From a virus, in IMG/VR virus record IMGVR_UViG_3300036832_000539, positions 1-48,652 of that record: a stretch of 48,652 nucleotides of DNA; one strand, 5' to 3'. The notes beneath the pieces are model-generated. The model was not told the origin of the DNA. It did no database searches and saw only the letters and a list, made by a program, of their open reading frames with translations. Positions 30,896 to 40,076 of this stretch are shown piece by piece. Positions within the stretch are counted from its first letter, which is position 1. The number at the start of each line of letters is the position of its first letter. Position numbers and translations under genes: made by a program.

Positions 30896-31615
30896 TCATG
30901 GCCTTGCCGGGCCGGAGCCATAACCAGGCGGGATATAGTCGATGCCCAGGCGCGGTTGACGCAGATCGCCGGTGCCGCCCCCTCCGACGACAAAGGGCCG
31001 CCGCTTGTGGGCGGTCTGACGCGTTTGCAGGCGTCTCAAATAGGCTTGAGCCTTTTGCAGCTTCATCGGCGCGTCTTTGGCGTTCTCGCGCGCCAGCAGC
31101 TCAGCCGCGGTAAACAGCGTGATCAACGTCGGGTCGAGCGTGCAGTTGTCGCCCGACGCGATCATCTCGGGGACTTCCTTAAAACCCCGCATGCGCAGAT
31201 TGCCGTCCTGCGACGGGATCGGCCACAGCTCAAACTGGTTGCTGTCGTAGTTGTGCAACCAGCGCTGCACCGGCCACGAGACAAACCCCAGGTCGGAGTT
31301 CCAGATGGCAAAATGCTCGGGGTAGATCCCGTATTCGAGTACGTTCCAGACGCTGTTCAGCAACACCCACATATTGCCGACTTGCTCAAACGGCATGTCG
31401 TCCGGGTAGATGTAATAGCGCTGATTGGCGACCAGACTGACATCGCGATCGATCTGCAGATTGGGCCAATCAAACGCATAGGCGAGTTCATTCTGCGTAC
31501 GGTTGATCAGATAGCTGACCGTCGCGATGTCATTGACCCCCATCGACACATTTGTCGAGTGGCCCGCTTCAAGCCGTGTGGCGTTGATCAGGTCACTCAG
31601 CAAACGGCCCGGCAT
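30896..31615 (-). CDS. Head-to-tail adaptor / tail tubular protein A-like protein, 239 aa
   Basis: Called from its position between the capsid-associated genes and the tail tube gene. No motif was recognised. Confidence 0.35.
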   Translation of the reverse strand: MPGRLLSDLINATRLEAGHSTNVSMGVNDIATVSYLINRTQNELAYAFDWPNLQIDRDVSLVANQRYYIYPDDMPFEQVGNMWVLLNSVWNVLEYGIYPEHFAIWNSDLGFVSWPVQRWLHNYDSNQFELWPIPSQDGNLRMRGFKEVPEMIASGDNCTLDPTLITLFTAAELLARENAKDAPMKLQKAQAYLRRLQTRQTAHKRRPFVVGGGGTGDLRQPRLGIDYIPPGYGSGPARP

Positions 31616-32117
31616 CGTCGGCGTCCTTGTGCTGCTGCCGGGCGTGGCGGCGGCGGGCTGTTTCCGTCTCGGGTTGCGGCTCCGGGACCTTCATGTTCTC
31701 GGTGCTGGGCGCCGGGCCTGGTGTCTCGGGATGGCGCAGCGCGTGGGCCTCCTGGCGCCGGGCCTCGCGCTTGGCGTCCTCGGCATCCCGCGTTTCACGG
31801 GACGCCTGGGCATCCATCAGGACGGCGCGGGACTTGGGGAACTCGTCACTCCGCACCGGAAGATTGGGACGTGCCCCCGGGAAACTCTGGGCCACTGCCT
31901 CCTGCGGGTAGGTTAGTCGCAGATGGTGCACGAGATCGTTGTTCGACATGGCGAGGGTGCCGACTTCCTCGATCTCGTCGACCGCATCGTCCCCGTGCAT
32001 AAACTGCATGATGAGGACTTCCGGGTAGCTCAGAGGATTGTGCGCGCCGCGGTAGACGACACTGTCCTTTGACCCCGCCAGCATGATGCGGCAGCTCAGA
32101 AGTTGGAAGTCGGCCAT
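31593..32117 (-). CDS. Hypothetical structural protein, 174 aa, with a charged C-terminal tail
   Basis: Lies immediately downstream of the major capsid gene. GC3 bias is present. Confidence 0.45.
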   Translation of the reverse strand: MADFQLLSCRIMLAGSKDSVVYRGAHNPLSYPEVLIMQFMHGDDAVDEIEEVGTLAMSNNDLVHHLRLTYPQEAVAQSFPGARPNLPVRSDEFPKSRAVLMDAQASRETRDAEDAKREARRQEAHALRHPETPGPAPSTENMKVPEPQPETETARRRHARQQHKDADDAGPFAE

Positions 32118-32128
32118 AGCCCTCCCCT

Positions 32129-33211
32129 TTAGGCGATGTCGTAGACACCGCTCTGGTTAAGTTGCTGCGCCACCATCTGCCCCGTGCACGTCAGCGATTT
32201 GTACATGACAAAGCTGTTGTAGGGCCTCGCCGGCGTGAACAGGTGGCGCCACTCGTCGTCCATCTTCATCAAATAAATGTGCCTGGGATCAAACCAGTAG
32301 GCGCGTTTCGAGTGGTTCAGATCGTCGAGCCACGGGTCGTATTGGATGGTGATGCCGTTAAACATCATTCCGCCGATCGAACCGTCCTGCGGCCCCTTGA
32401 ACCCGCGCTGGGTGTAGATGCCGTTCGCCCGCATCTCGACTTCCATAGCATTAATAAATGCACTGCCGGCCAGGAACTCGGTCGGGTCGCCACCGTAGCG
32501 GATGAGCTGCCGATACTCTTGCTGCAGGAACTGCAACAGCGCGCCGCCATTGGCGGTGTTTGACGTGATCACGCCCTGACCGCCGGCCGTGCCGTTAGCC
32601 GCGGTTGCCGCGCGGTTGCGCCACCAAGTCGACACCGCGGCGTCGATACCACCAACGACGCCTGTCGTGGGGTTGTCGCGGATGATCGACTGAATACCCG
32701 CCAGCGCCTTGGGGTCGGCTGTCCCGTCACCCCACAGAAGCCGTGTCATCGACCGGGCGTATTGCTCGCCAAAGTCGTTGAGCTTGTCCTCAAGGAGATT
32801 GACGAGGACCGTCATCTCGCGCTGCGTATGGCGCGACAGTGACGAACCGCTGCCCTCTTCATCGGTGACAGAGATGCCATCGATCTTGAGTTCAGTGTGG
32901 GTCAGCGTGAGGCCGATATGGTGTTCACGCCACGGATAGTTGGCGCGTTTGATATTGGCGGGCGTGTAGAAGTTCACCGCATCATTGTGGGTGTAACCCA
33001 CCACGCTATCGTTCACGCCGGCGGCACCAAAGTCGCCCTTGACCGCAAGACTGATATTGCCTTTACCGCCCGGGAAAGACTTGGCCACCCGTTCCTCTAG
33101 ATTGAGCAACGGCTTTGATTGGATCGTCTGCTTGAAGGTGTCGCCTCGGTTAAAATAGAAGTCCAGTGCCGCGTTGCCGATGTTGGTGATCTCTGCTGCC
33201 GTAAAAGCCAT
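32129..33211 (-). CDS. Major capsid protein
   Basis: A 360-aa protein directly after the scaffold-like gene in the portal-scaffold-capsid order, with no low-complexity sequence. Called from synteny and size rather than from a motif. Confidence 0.7.
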   Translation of the reverse strand: MAFTAAEITNIGNAALDFYFNRGDTFKQTIQSKPLLNLEERVAKSFPGGKGNISLAVKGDFGAAGVNDSVVGYTHNDAVNFYTPANIKRANYPWREHHIGLTLTHTELKIDGISVTDEEGSGSSLSRHTQREMTVLVNLLEDKLNDFGEQYARSMTRLLWGDGTADPKALAGIQSIIRDNPTTGVVGGIDAAVSTWWRNRAATAANGTAGGQGVITSNTANGGALLQFLQQEYRQLIRYGGDPTEFLAGSAFINAMEVEMRANGIYTQRGFKGPQDGSIGGMMFNGITIQYDPWLDDLNHSKRAYWFDPRHIYLMKMDDEWRHLFTPARPYNSFVMYKSLTCTGQMVAQQLNQSGVYDIA

Positions 33212-33231
33212 GACCTAGTCCCTTTCTGGGG

Positions 33232-34308
33232 CTAGTGCATGCGCGCATTGCCTCTCTGTAGACCCTGGATGGCTGCCTCCATCAGGGTGCGGGGTTCAGG
33301 GGCGGCGCCATTGCCGTTCGCGCTGTGGACACCGGAGGGGTTTGGTCGCGTTGCTTGCGGCTGCGGGCGCAGCCGGGCGACAACACGATTGGCTTCCTCG
33401 TAGGCTTCCTGTGCCATCGCCACCGCCTGTTGCGGCGTGGCCGGTCGCCCCCGGGTCTGCACCAGGGACTGCGAAAACCTTTCCACGATGTCCTGCTTTG
33501 ACGCCCAATCGGGATCGCGTGCCCGTGTCGCCACTTCCCATTCAGAGATCGCGTTGTAGATCGTGCCAGCAACTTGTTGCTGGCCGACCAACTCGGCGTT
33601 CTGACGATAAGTGTCGGCTTCCGTCCGCAGTCGCGCCTCGTTGACCCGGGACATGCCAATCTCGCGGGCCGTCTCTTCCGGGATGACCCCTTCGTCGACT
33701 TGGCTCTGCAGATCCGCCGGCAGGATCATGCCGACAGCCTGTTGAGACACATCGATGTAGGGCATCGCGATATTGAGAAAGCCTTGGAAGTCCCCCCGCC
33801 GCAGAGCGGCGCCCGCCTCCATCAGGAGGTTGACGTCGTCATTCTCTAGCTGGCGCGAGGTCTGGTAGTCGCGAAACTGGGCAAACGCCCGGGCATCGGC
33901 CTCGTAACGTTCGGAGGTCTGACGTGCCTCGTTGCGCTGGGCCAAAAGTTGCTCGATCCGCCGGCGCGTGTCGGGCTTGTACGTGTCAAGCTCGACATCC
34001 GTTGGATCGGACTGCAGAGGGTCGTCGGGTCTGGGTTCTCCCGTGGGCGGGGAAGGTGGCGCACCATCTGGCTCGCGGATGTCGGGGGACGGCTCGCCAA
34101 CGATAGGGTCGGGGTCGAGCTTAACGACGTCCTGAACAGCCTTGAGCAGTTCCTGATGCTGGGCTTCCCGTGTGCCTGGCGGGGGCTGATGGTCGCCTGG
34201 TGACGGCGCCGATCCCGTCTCTTGCGGCGTAGATGACGGTGCCTGATCGCCGGTCCCAGGCGGGGCCGGCTCGCTCGACGGCGGCGAATTTACGTCTGGA
34301 TCTGGCAT
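33232..34308 (-). CDS. Scaffolding protein
   Basis: Disordered acidic Pro-rich N-terminus followed by a long helical, charged region. Lies between the portal and capsid genes. Confidence 0.55.
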   Translation of the reverse strand: MPDPDVNSPPSSEPAPPGTGDQAPSSTPQETGSAPSPGDHQPPPGTREAQHQELLKAVQDVVKLDPDPIVGEPSPDIREPDGAPPSPPTGEPRPDDPLQSDPTDVELDTYKPDTRRRIEQLLAQRNEARQTSERYEADARAFAQFRDYQTSRQLENDDVNLLMEAGAALRRGDFQGFLNIAMPYIDVSQQAVGMILPADLQSQVDEGVIPEETAREIGMSRVNEARLRTEADTYRQNAELVGQQQVAGTIYNAISEWEVATRARDPDWASKQDIVERFSQSLVQTRGRPATPQQAVAMAQEAYEEANRVVARLRPQPQATRPNPSGVHSANGNGAAPEPRTLMEAAIQGLQRGNARMH

Positions 34309-34356
34309 CGCTAGGCCAAGAGCCTAGCGATGTCCTGTCGTGTTGTCTAGGACGTA

Positions 34357-34554
34357 TCAGGACGCAGGATGCTGGGACGTGGGCCAGTTGACCGGGACCG
34401 CCCGCCACAGCAGCCCTGTCACGTCAGAATGTGGAGCGATATCAAGCCATTTGCCAAACCAGTGGCGCCCGCCGGTGGCCTGGTAAAGAAACTCGACGAC
34501 GTCGTGACGGTAGGGGTATTCCTGCGCGTCGATCGAGTGCCAGGGTTCCATCAC
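34357..34554 (-). CDS. Hypothetical protein, 65 aa
   Basis: Compact ORF in the late operon. Confidence 0.4.
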   Translation of the reverse strand: MMEPWHSIDAQEYPYRHDVVEFLYQATGGRHWFGKWLDIAPHSDVTGLLWRAVPVNWPTSQHPAS

Positions 34555-34560
34555 TTGCCC

Positions 34561-34761
34561 TTACGACTTGCCTTTACGGCTCGTCGGCTTGCCACCGTGG
34601 TAGTTAGGGCCACCAGGCGCGGCGCCAGCCGCGCGGGCGAGGTTACCGATAACGCCGCCTGGGACGCCCTGCGCCTTCAATTGCGCCGCGCGTCCCCCGT
34701 GCCCCAGCGTGTTGCTCTTGCCCTTATACGTCCCGGTCGTCTTGATGGAGCCTCTTGCCAT
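34561..34761 (-). CDS. Small basic Gly-rich protein, 66 aa
   Basis: Sequence MARGSIKTTGTYKGKSNTLGHGG... Its start overlaps the upstream stop. Confidence 0.45.
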   Translation of the reverse strand: MARGSIKTTGTYKGKSNTLGHGGRAAQLKAQGVPGGVIGNLARAAGAAPGGPNYHGGKPTSRKGKS

Positions 34762-35024
34762 TATTCGATCCCTCCCTCGTCAAGCAACTCAGCAAGGTTG
34801 TCACGCTCCTGGCGAATGTAGTCACGGATCAGCGCCATCGCCTCGGGGTCCTGACGGATACGCCGGGCCTCACGCAAAACCAGCACGTATTGCTGGGTCT
34901 GATAGCGCTGTTTTTCTGCGTACAAATCGCTGCCGGCGCCAAGGCCACTGCCATACCACGGCACGCTATAGGGACTTTGTTGCGCTGCTACCTTACAGTT
35001 CGCCTGCTCTTGGTTATCGGGCAT
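34761..35024 (-). CDS. Hypothetical protein, 87 aa
   Basis: Compact ORF downstream of the portal gene. Confidence 0.45.
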   Translation of the reverse strand: MPDNQEQANCKVAAQQSPYSVPWYGSGLGAGSDLYAEKQRYQTQQYVLVLREARRIRQDPEAMALIRDYIRQERDNLAELLDEGGIE

Positions 35025-35034
35025 TTTTCATCTC

Positions 35035-37398
35035 CTAGGGTGTCGCCTGGCCTGTCTGGTTGGTCGTACGGGGGCCGCCGCCCGGTGTGCCGGGGGTCAT
35101 CCCGGATGACCCTGGCGGTGGCGGCACCAATCGAATTGGTGCCGGGATGCGCGGCGCGGTGATGCCCGATGTCGGCGGGCCGCCAGGAGCGTTGTGTTGC
35201 CCCTGCGGCCCCTGCAGATGCGGTGCGTCCGCAGGACGCATCCCAGGATGACCGCCGTCGCTGGCGCTCCCTGGCTGGCCTGGGGACGGCGCATTGGGCG
35301 CCCCGGGGCCACCCCCTGCCGGCATGCCGTTGGCTGCCATCCCGGCCGAGTTCATCGCTTCCATCGACGGCAGATGCTCGGCAAAAGCATCGCTGAGATC
35401 GAGGCGATCATCCATCCGCTTGATCAGCTCGTTGGCCAGCCACTCGGGGCTGATGCCTGGGACGCGCTGCAGGAGGGGCACGAGCTGCACCGCATTCTGC
35501 ACTTCCTGGGCCTTGTTCGGGCGTCCCGTGCTGCCGGCCTGGACTTCGAGGTAGACATTGCGCGAAATGGTGTCGCGATCCATGTCGGGCCACACCGCAC
35601 CGTCACCGACAATCTTGTTGACGGTATCTTGGCTGACATTCATCAACAGGATCTGCCCGCCGTCGTGGGCCATTTGCGTTAGCAAACCGTCCATGTCGTC
35701 CATCGTCGATGCGAGGTCGCTGCCGCGCGCGGCCTGGGCGACCGCGGTTTCCGTGGCCGTCGCGCGGTCGGTCTGCCCGGTATCCGCCTGCTGCTGCCCC
35801 AGGACGCGCAGCATATCCTCCATGCTGGGGTTGGTGTCATAGAGCGCCGGATCGATCGGCGGCATCTTGAACGGCTGCAGCAAGTCGTCGATCTTCTCGC
35901 CGACTTGCAACGCATTGAGTTCAATGACAGCATTGGCCGGATGCGTGCGCAGCTTGGCCTTGTCTTCCTCTTCGAGCCGCCCGCCGGCGACAGCGATCTT
36001 GGGGCGGTTCGCCTGGCGGTGCTCGCGCAGGCCCTGGCGCGCGCGGTTGAGTTCGAGCTGCATGTTCCACAGCAACTCGATGTCACTCGGCGGGAAGATG
36101 CGATCGGAATGATAACACTCATTAAAAACGAGTGGGTACCAGGGCCAGAAGCGGTCTGTGTAGACATCCGGCTCGGACGGCTCCTGCAGGAAGTCGGGGT
36201 ATCCATCGCATACTGTGTAGATCAGGCGATCCTTCCGGTTGTAGATCTGCCAAACAATCGCGTAGACGTTCGACTGCATGTCCTGATAGCGCGCGTCCCG
36301 GGTGACATCGATGTAGGGCAGCGTTCCCTGGTCGGTATTATCCGGCTCGTTCAGCCCCTCGGCTTTCCACGCTCGATAGTTCTGACCAACATCGACCTTG
36401 TAGATCTCTTCAATCTGCTCGGGCAGCAGCATGTATTCCTCGGCCACCCAATCGGCACCCAAGAACTCGCGGAGGTTCTTGCACTTGAGGTCAGGGATGA
36501 CCGCGGTGCTTTCGGGGTAGTCGAAGACCAGCCCCTCGCGGACGATGAGCTGCGGTTCATTCGCCAGCGCTTTGATCGCCAGACGGAGTTCTTCCGCCTT
36601 GGCTTCCTCCATCTGGAACTTTTCGTCGGCTAGGTCGGCCGCCAATCTTTCGATTGTCGCTAGTTGCTCGCTCATATCGGCGATCCGCGCCTCGATGTCG
36701 GGGCGCATCCGCATGGCGCGTTGAAAACCCAACTTGACGTAGGCCACCCCGGAGATGATGCCGCGGCGTACCGCCAGCTTCATCATGACTTTAAAGTTAT
36801 GGACCTGGGCGTCGACATTGTAGTTGTAGAGAAGGCGTAAGCTATTCGCGACGCGGTCGAGCATCGTGTTGTACTGGTGAACACGGGTGGCGTCCTCAAG
36901 GATCGCCTGGGACGCCTGGTCGGGCGGCTGGCCCAGTGTCTGAGCCATCTGGATGTTTTGTTGCGCGATGGCCAGCGACTGCAGCGTCCCGTCCCAGACG
37001 ACATTCACCATGCGCTCGCGGCGCTTTGCGGTGATCGTCGGGTTGCTGGCGTAGATCGCCGCGGTGCGTGACGAGACGTGTCGCAGCGCGATGTTGCAGA
37101 TGTAGCGATCGTCCTGCATCCCGGTCGAGTTGGGCCACTGCTTGCCCAGCGCAAAATCCTGGCACATGCGCATGCGCTCAAAATACGGCTTCCAGTGCTG
37201 GCGGGCGCGCATAACGCGGGCGTTCCACACTTTGACCAGTTCGGCCCGGGCGCGCGGCGGATCGGGCCGGTCGCGCTTGATGACAGTCGGCCTGTCGCGC
37301 CCGGAGGGCAGATCCTCATAGGGCGCCTCGGGCTGCCAATCCTGGCTTTCGGGATCGAGCGAGCCGGGGGCGCGCGGGCCTCTGCTGTCGGAACCCAT
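35035..37398 (-). CDS. Portal protein
   Basis: A 787-aa protein whose ATG at 37398 lies one nt after the TerL stop. It has a long Pro/Gly-rich C-terminal tail. Called from position and size. Confidence 0.75.
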   Translation of the reverse strand: MGSDSRGPRAPGSLDPESQDWQPEAPYEDLPSGRDRPTVIKRDRPDPPRARAELVKVWNARVMRARQHWKPYFERMRMCQDFALGKQWPNSTGMQDDRYICNIALRHVSSRTAAIYASNPTITAKRRERMVNVVWDGTLQSLAIAQQNIQMAQTLGQPPDQASQAILEDATRVHQYNTMLDRVANSLRLLYNYNVDAQVHNFKVMMKLAVRRGIISGVAYVKLGFQRAMRMRPDIEARIADMSEQLATIERLAADLADEKFQMEEAKAEELRLAIKALANEPQLIVREGLVFDYPESTAVIPDLKCKNLREFLGADWVAEEYMLLPEQIEEIYKVDVGQNYRAWKAEGLNEPDNTDQGTLPYIDVTRDARYQDMQSNVYAIVWQIYNRKDRLIYTVCDGYPDFLQEPSEPDVYTDRFWPWYPLVFNECYHSDRIFPPSDIELLWNMQLELNRARQGLREHRQANRPKIAVAGGRLEEEDKAKLRTHPANAVIELNALQVGEKIDDLLQPFKMPPIDPALYDTNPSMEDMLRVLGQQQADTGQTDRATATETAVAQAARGSDLASTMDDMDGLLTQMAHDGGQILLMNVSQDTVNKIVGDGAVWPDMDRDTISRNVYLEVQAGSTGRPNKAQEVQNAVQLVPLLQRVPGISPEWLANELIKRMDDRLDLSDAFAEHLPSMEAMNSAGMAANGMPAGGGPGAPNAPSPGQPGSASDGGHPGMRPADAPHLQGPQGQHNAPGGPPTSGITAPRIPAPIRLVPPPPGSSGMTPGTPGGGPRTTNQTGQATP

Positions 37399-37399
37399 C

Positions 37400-38962
37400 T
37401 CACCACCCCGCCGCTTGCTCGCCCAGGACCGTCCAGCGGTCATGCTTGGCGCGTTGGTCTTTTAGCCAGCCCCAGGTGTAGGGCTTTAGCCCCTCGTCCT
37501 TCTCGCGCGGTTTGCTGACCGCGGCCTGCTGATCGAGGCCCAGGCCGATATAAGCCAAGGCATCGACAAAATCGTCGTGGGCGTCGTGGGGGAAGCGCAG
37601 GATCTGGTCCCGCGCCTCGGGCCACCAGGCGGCCAGTTCGGGGAAGTGCACTTTACCCATCGACATACGACCCGCAATGGATTGCGCTCGGGTTTGCTTG
37701 TCGGCGATCGGTGTCACTTCGACGATCGAACAGTAAGTGTGTTCCTCCTGCATGCGTTTCCGAAGGAACGGCCCGATCGACTTGCTGATATGGGATTTTT
37801 CCGCCCACCAGAAAAGTGGTCGCTGGGTGCGCATCTGCTTGAGCATGGCCTCCACGACAACATTCGTCGCCGCCTGGCGCCACCACACATTGCCCAAGAT
37901 CCAGATATCGTCGTCTTCGTCGACACCAACGGGCACGATGCACGTCTTGTCGCGGCCTTGAAGGAGAGAAACCGCGTGATCGCTGGCCACATAGTAGCGC
38001 AGGCGCTTGGGCAACTGGTTGGGCCGGTAGGTCTTTAGATGCTCGACGCGGAAGAAAGCGCCGCCCTCGGGGGTCGGCCGGTTCTGGTAGAGGGCGGTAA
38101 AGCCCCGGGTGTCGGCTTTCTGAAGGTTGAGTAAATACTCCCGGCCAAAACGGCTGGGCCACAGGGCTTCGCCTCTTCGACGTCCCAGGACGTCGTTGTC
38201 CTCGGCCAAGGCCGGAAGGTTGATGATCTTCCAGCGCCGGGCTTCCTCTTGGTTATAATAATCGTTCACCGGGTCGATCAGGCGCCCGACGAGATCATCC
38301 ATGTGCCAGCGCGTGGTGACGATAAGGGCGCGGCCCCGGTCGTCCATCAAGCGGGTCATGACCACTTGGTTGAACCACATCCACAGATGGTCACGGATCG
38401 TCAGGCTGTCGGCTTCCAGGCGGTCCTTGAGCAAGTCGTCCAGAAGGACGATATGGCCGCCGCGGCCGGTGAGCGAGCCTTTCTTGGAGCTGAACATGAG
38501 CTGCCCACCCTGGTGGGTGCGCAAGCGTTCAGCCGATTTGCTGTCGTTGCGCAGCTCGACACCCGGAAAGACCTGGGTGTAGGCCGGCGACTGCATGACG
38601 TCCCGGACAGCACGACCGATGTCCTGGGAGTAGGTTTCGTTGTACGTCCCATGAATGACGTGGCGGGTCGGCTGCCGACCGATAAACCACGCCGGCAACA
38701 TGATCGAGACGAGCTGCGTCTTACCGTGGCGTGGCGGCAGGGTGATGATAAGGCGCGGGATGCGCCCGGCCTCGAACTCTTCGAGCGCGGCACCCATGAC
38801 TTTGTGGAATTTCTGCGCGTCGTAGAGCGAGCGGTCGACGTCGTCGGGCATCGACGGGAACGGCATCATCAGCCGGGTGAAGGCAATAAGGTCGTTCTGC
38901 GCCTTGTCGATCGTGATCAGGCGCTTGAGTAAAGTCTCGTAACGATCCGTCTCGTCGTTCAT
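37400..38962 (-). CDS. terL: Terminase large subunit
   Basis: Walker A LPPRHGKTQ, Walker B HIVLLDDLLKD, TTRWHMDDL, and C-terminal nuclease Asp residues (VASDHA, HDAHDDFVDALAY). Confidence 0.9.
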   Translation of the reverse strand: MNDETDRYETLLKRLITIDKAQNDLIAFTRLMMPFPSMPDDVDRSLYDAQKFHKVMGAALEEFEAGRIPRLIITLPPRHGKTQLVSIMLPAWFIGRQPTRHVIHGTYNETYSQDIGRAVRDVMQSPAYTQVFPGVELRNDSKSAERLRTHQGGQLMFSSKKGSLTGRGGHIVLLDDLLKDRLEADSLTIRDHLWMWFNQVVMTRLMDDRGRALIVTTRWHMDDLVGRLIDPVNDYYNQEEARRWKIINLPALAEDNDVLGRRRGEALWPSRFGREYLLNLQKADTRGFTALYQNRPTPEGGAFFRVEHLKTYRPNQLPKRLRYYVASDHAVSLLQGRDKTCIVPVGVDEDDDIWILGNVWWRQAATNVVVEAMLKQMRTQRPLFWWAEKSHISKSIGPFLRKRMQEEHTYCSIVEVTPIADKQTRAQSIAGRMSMGKVHFPELAAWWPEARDQILRFPHDAHDDFVDALAYIGLGLDQQAAVSKPREKDEGLKPYTWGWLKDQRAKHDRWTVLGEQAAGW

Positions 38963-39516
38963 CGCCCGCGGCGCAGGCTGGCCCGCGGCAAGGTGTTAGA
39001 GGTAGGGCGCCGCGGCAGGACGGCGAGGTTGGGCTGGGTTGGCATGGCAACACCGCGGGCGCCGGCGCCGGGCGGGGTCATGGGGCTGAGCGCCGGCATG
39101 CCCGGCGGGCGGGGCGCCGTCGCCGGGCCGGCGGGCGACGCCATTCCCATCGGTGTCCCGGACGCGCCGTAACTCGGGACGCCGGGACCGCCCGGAATAC
39201 CAGGCGGACTACCGCCAAAAGGCGGCGACCCGCTTGGCGGCCCGCCTGGCGGCGCGCCACCGGCTTGCGGCGTCCCCATGCCTTGCGGCGGCATCAGGGA
39301 CGTGGGACCGGAGGGCAGAGAGGGGGCGCCGGGCGGCATCTGACTTGGAATACCCGCCGAGGCGGGCATCATACCGCGCGGCGCCTGGCCGGGCATCGGC
39401 ATCCCCGCGCTGCCGGGGCCAGGGGCCGCTGGTGTCGGCATGCCGCCGGCGCCGCCCCCCATGCCAAACTGCGCCATCATCGCCTGCATCTGCTGCATAA
39501 ACTGCGGGGTGCACAT
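38959..39516 (-). CDS. Met/Pro/Gly-rich low-complexity protein, 185 aa, translationally coupled to terL
   Basis: Its stop overlaps the terL ATG (ATGA). Its ATG lies 3 nt after the upstream stop. The composition is extreme (MPxP/GGxP runs) with a basic C-terminus RRPTSNTLPRASLRRGR. Confidence 0.55.
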   Translation of the reverse strand: MCTPQFMQQMQAMMAQFGMGGGAGGMPTPAAPGPGSAGMPMPGQAPRGMMPASAGIPSQMPPGAPSLPSGPTSLMPPQGMGTPQAGGAPPGGPPSGSPPFGGSPPGIPGGPGVPSYGASGTPMGMASPAGPATAPRPPGMPALSPMTPPGAGARGVAMPTQPNLAVLPRRPTSNTLPRASLRRGR

Positions 39517-39519
39517 GGC

Positions 39520-39870
39520 TCAGGTCCGGTTGCGGTGGTGACCGCCGCGGTGATGCTCGGTTGACGTCTCGGCGGTTACACCGCCAGCGGCGGCTTCGAG
39601 CGCGGCGACACGCGTCTCAAGATCGGTGATCGTCGTCGCCATTGCATCGACTTGGGTCTGCAGCGCATCGAGATCGTCTTGGCTGGCGCCACCGTCACCG
39701 CCGATCGGGACCACGGTATTGTCAAAACTGCCGGCCCATAATTTGGGCGACGCAGAGCCATCACCCATCTCGATGTAGAACTCGCCGGCTGCCAGACTGT
39801 CGGGCACCGGCGGGGCAAAACCGACACGATAGGCCGGCAGGATGATGACGGTTTCGGGATCGACAGGCAT
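39520..39870 (-). CDS. Small fibre-like/coiled-coil protein, 116 aa
   Basis: The ATG at 39870 follows GGAGAG. GEFYIEMGDGSASPKLWAG resembles the N-terminal motifs of the neighbouring fibre proteins. It has a coiled-coil segment LDALQTQVDAMATTITDLETRVAALE. Confidence 0.5.
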   Translation of the reverse strand: MPVDPETVIILPAYRVGFAPPVPDSLAAGEFYIEMGDGSASPKLWAGSFDNTVVPIGGDGGASQDDLDALQTQVDAMATTITDLETRVAALEAAAGGVTAETSTEHHRGGHHRNRT

Positions 39871-39896
39871 CGTGATCTCTCCTTCCACGACAGCAT

Positions 39897-40055
39897 TTAG
39901 ACCGGGCCATAGATGGCCGGTGTGCCGCCGGCAGTGACCCAGTTGCGGTGGGCGGTCTTGAGGACGCGCAGGACGCCGATCCCGGCGGGCTGCGGTGGCG
40001 CGACCAGGAGTTCCGGCGCAGGCGGCGGGGTATCGGGGGTGGTTTCGTCAGCCAT
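39897..40055 (-). CDS. Hypothetical protein, 52 aa
   Basis: The ATG lies 8 nt after GAGGGAG. Strong GC3 bias. Not in the ORF track. Confidence 0.45.
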   Translation of the reverse strand: MADETTPDTPPPAPELLVAPPQPAGIGVLRVLKTAHRNWVTAGGTPAIYGPV

Positions 40056-40076
40056 CAATTATGCTCCCTCTCGCTG

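Noticed and set aside
30658-30993. 111-aa minus-strand ORF bridging two structural genes
   Set aside because: It overlaps both neighbours out of frame. The gap is better explained by the 52-aa two-helix membrane ORF 30723..30881, which has a GGGGAGG RBS.
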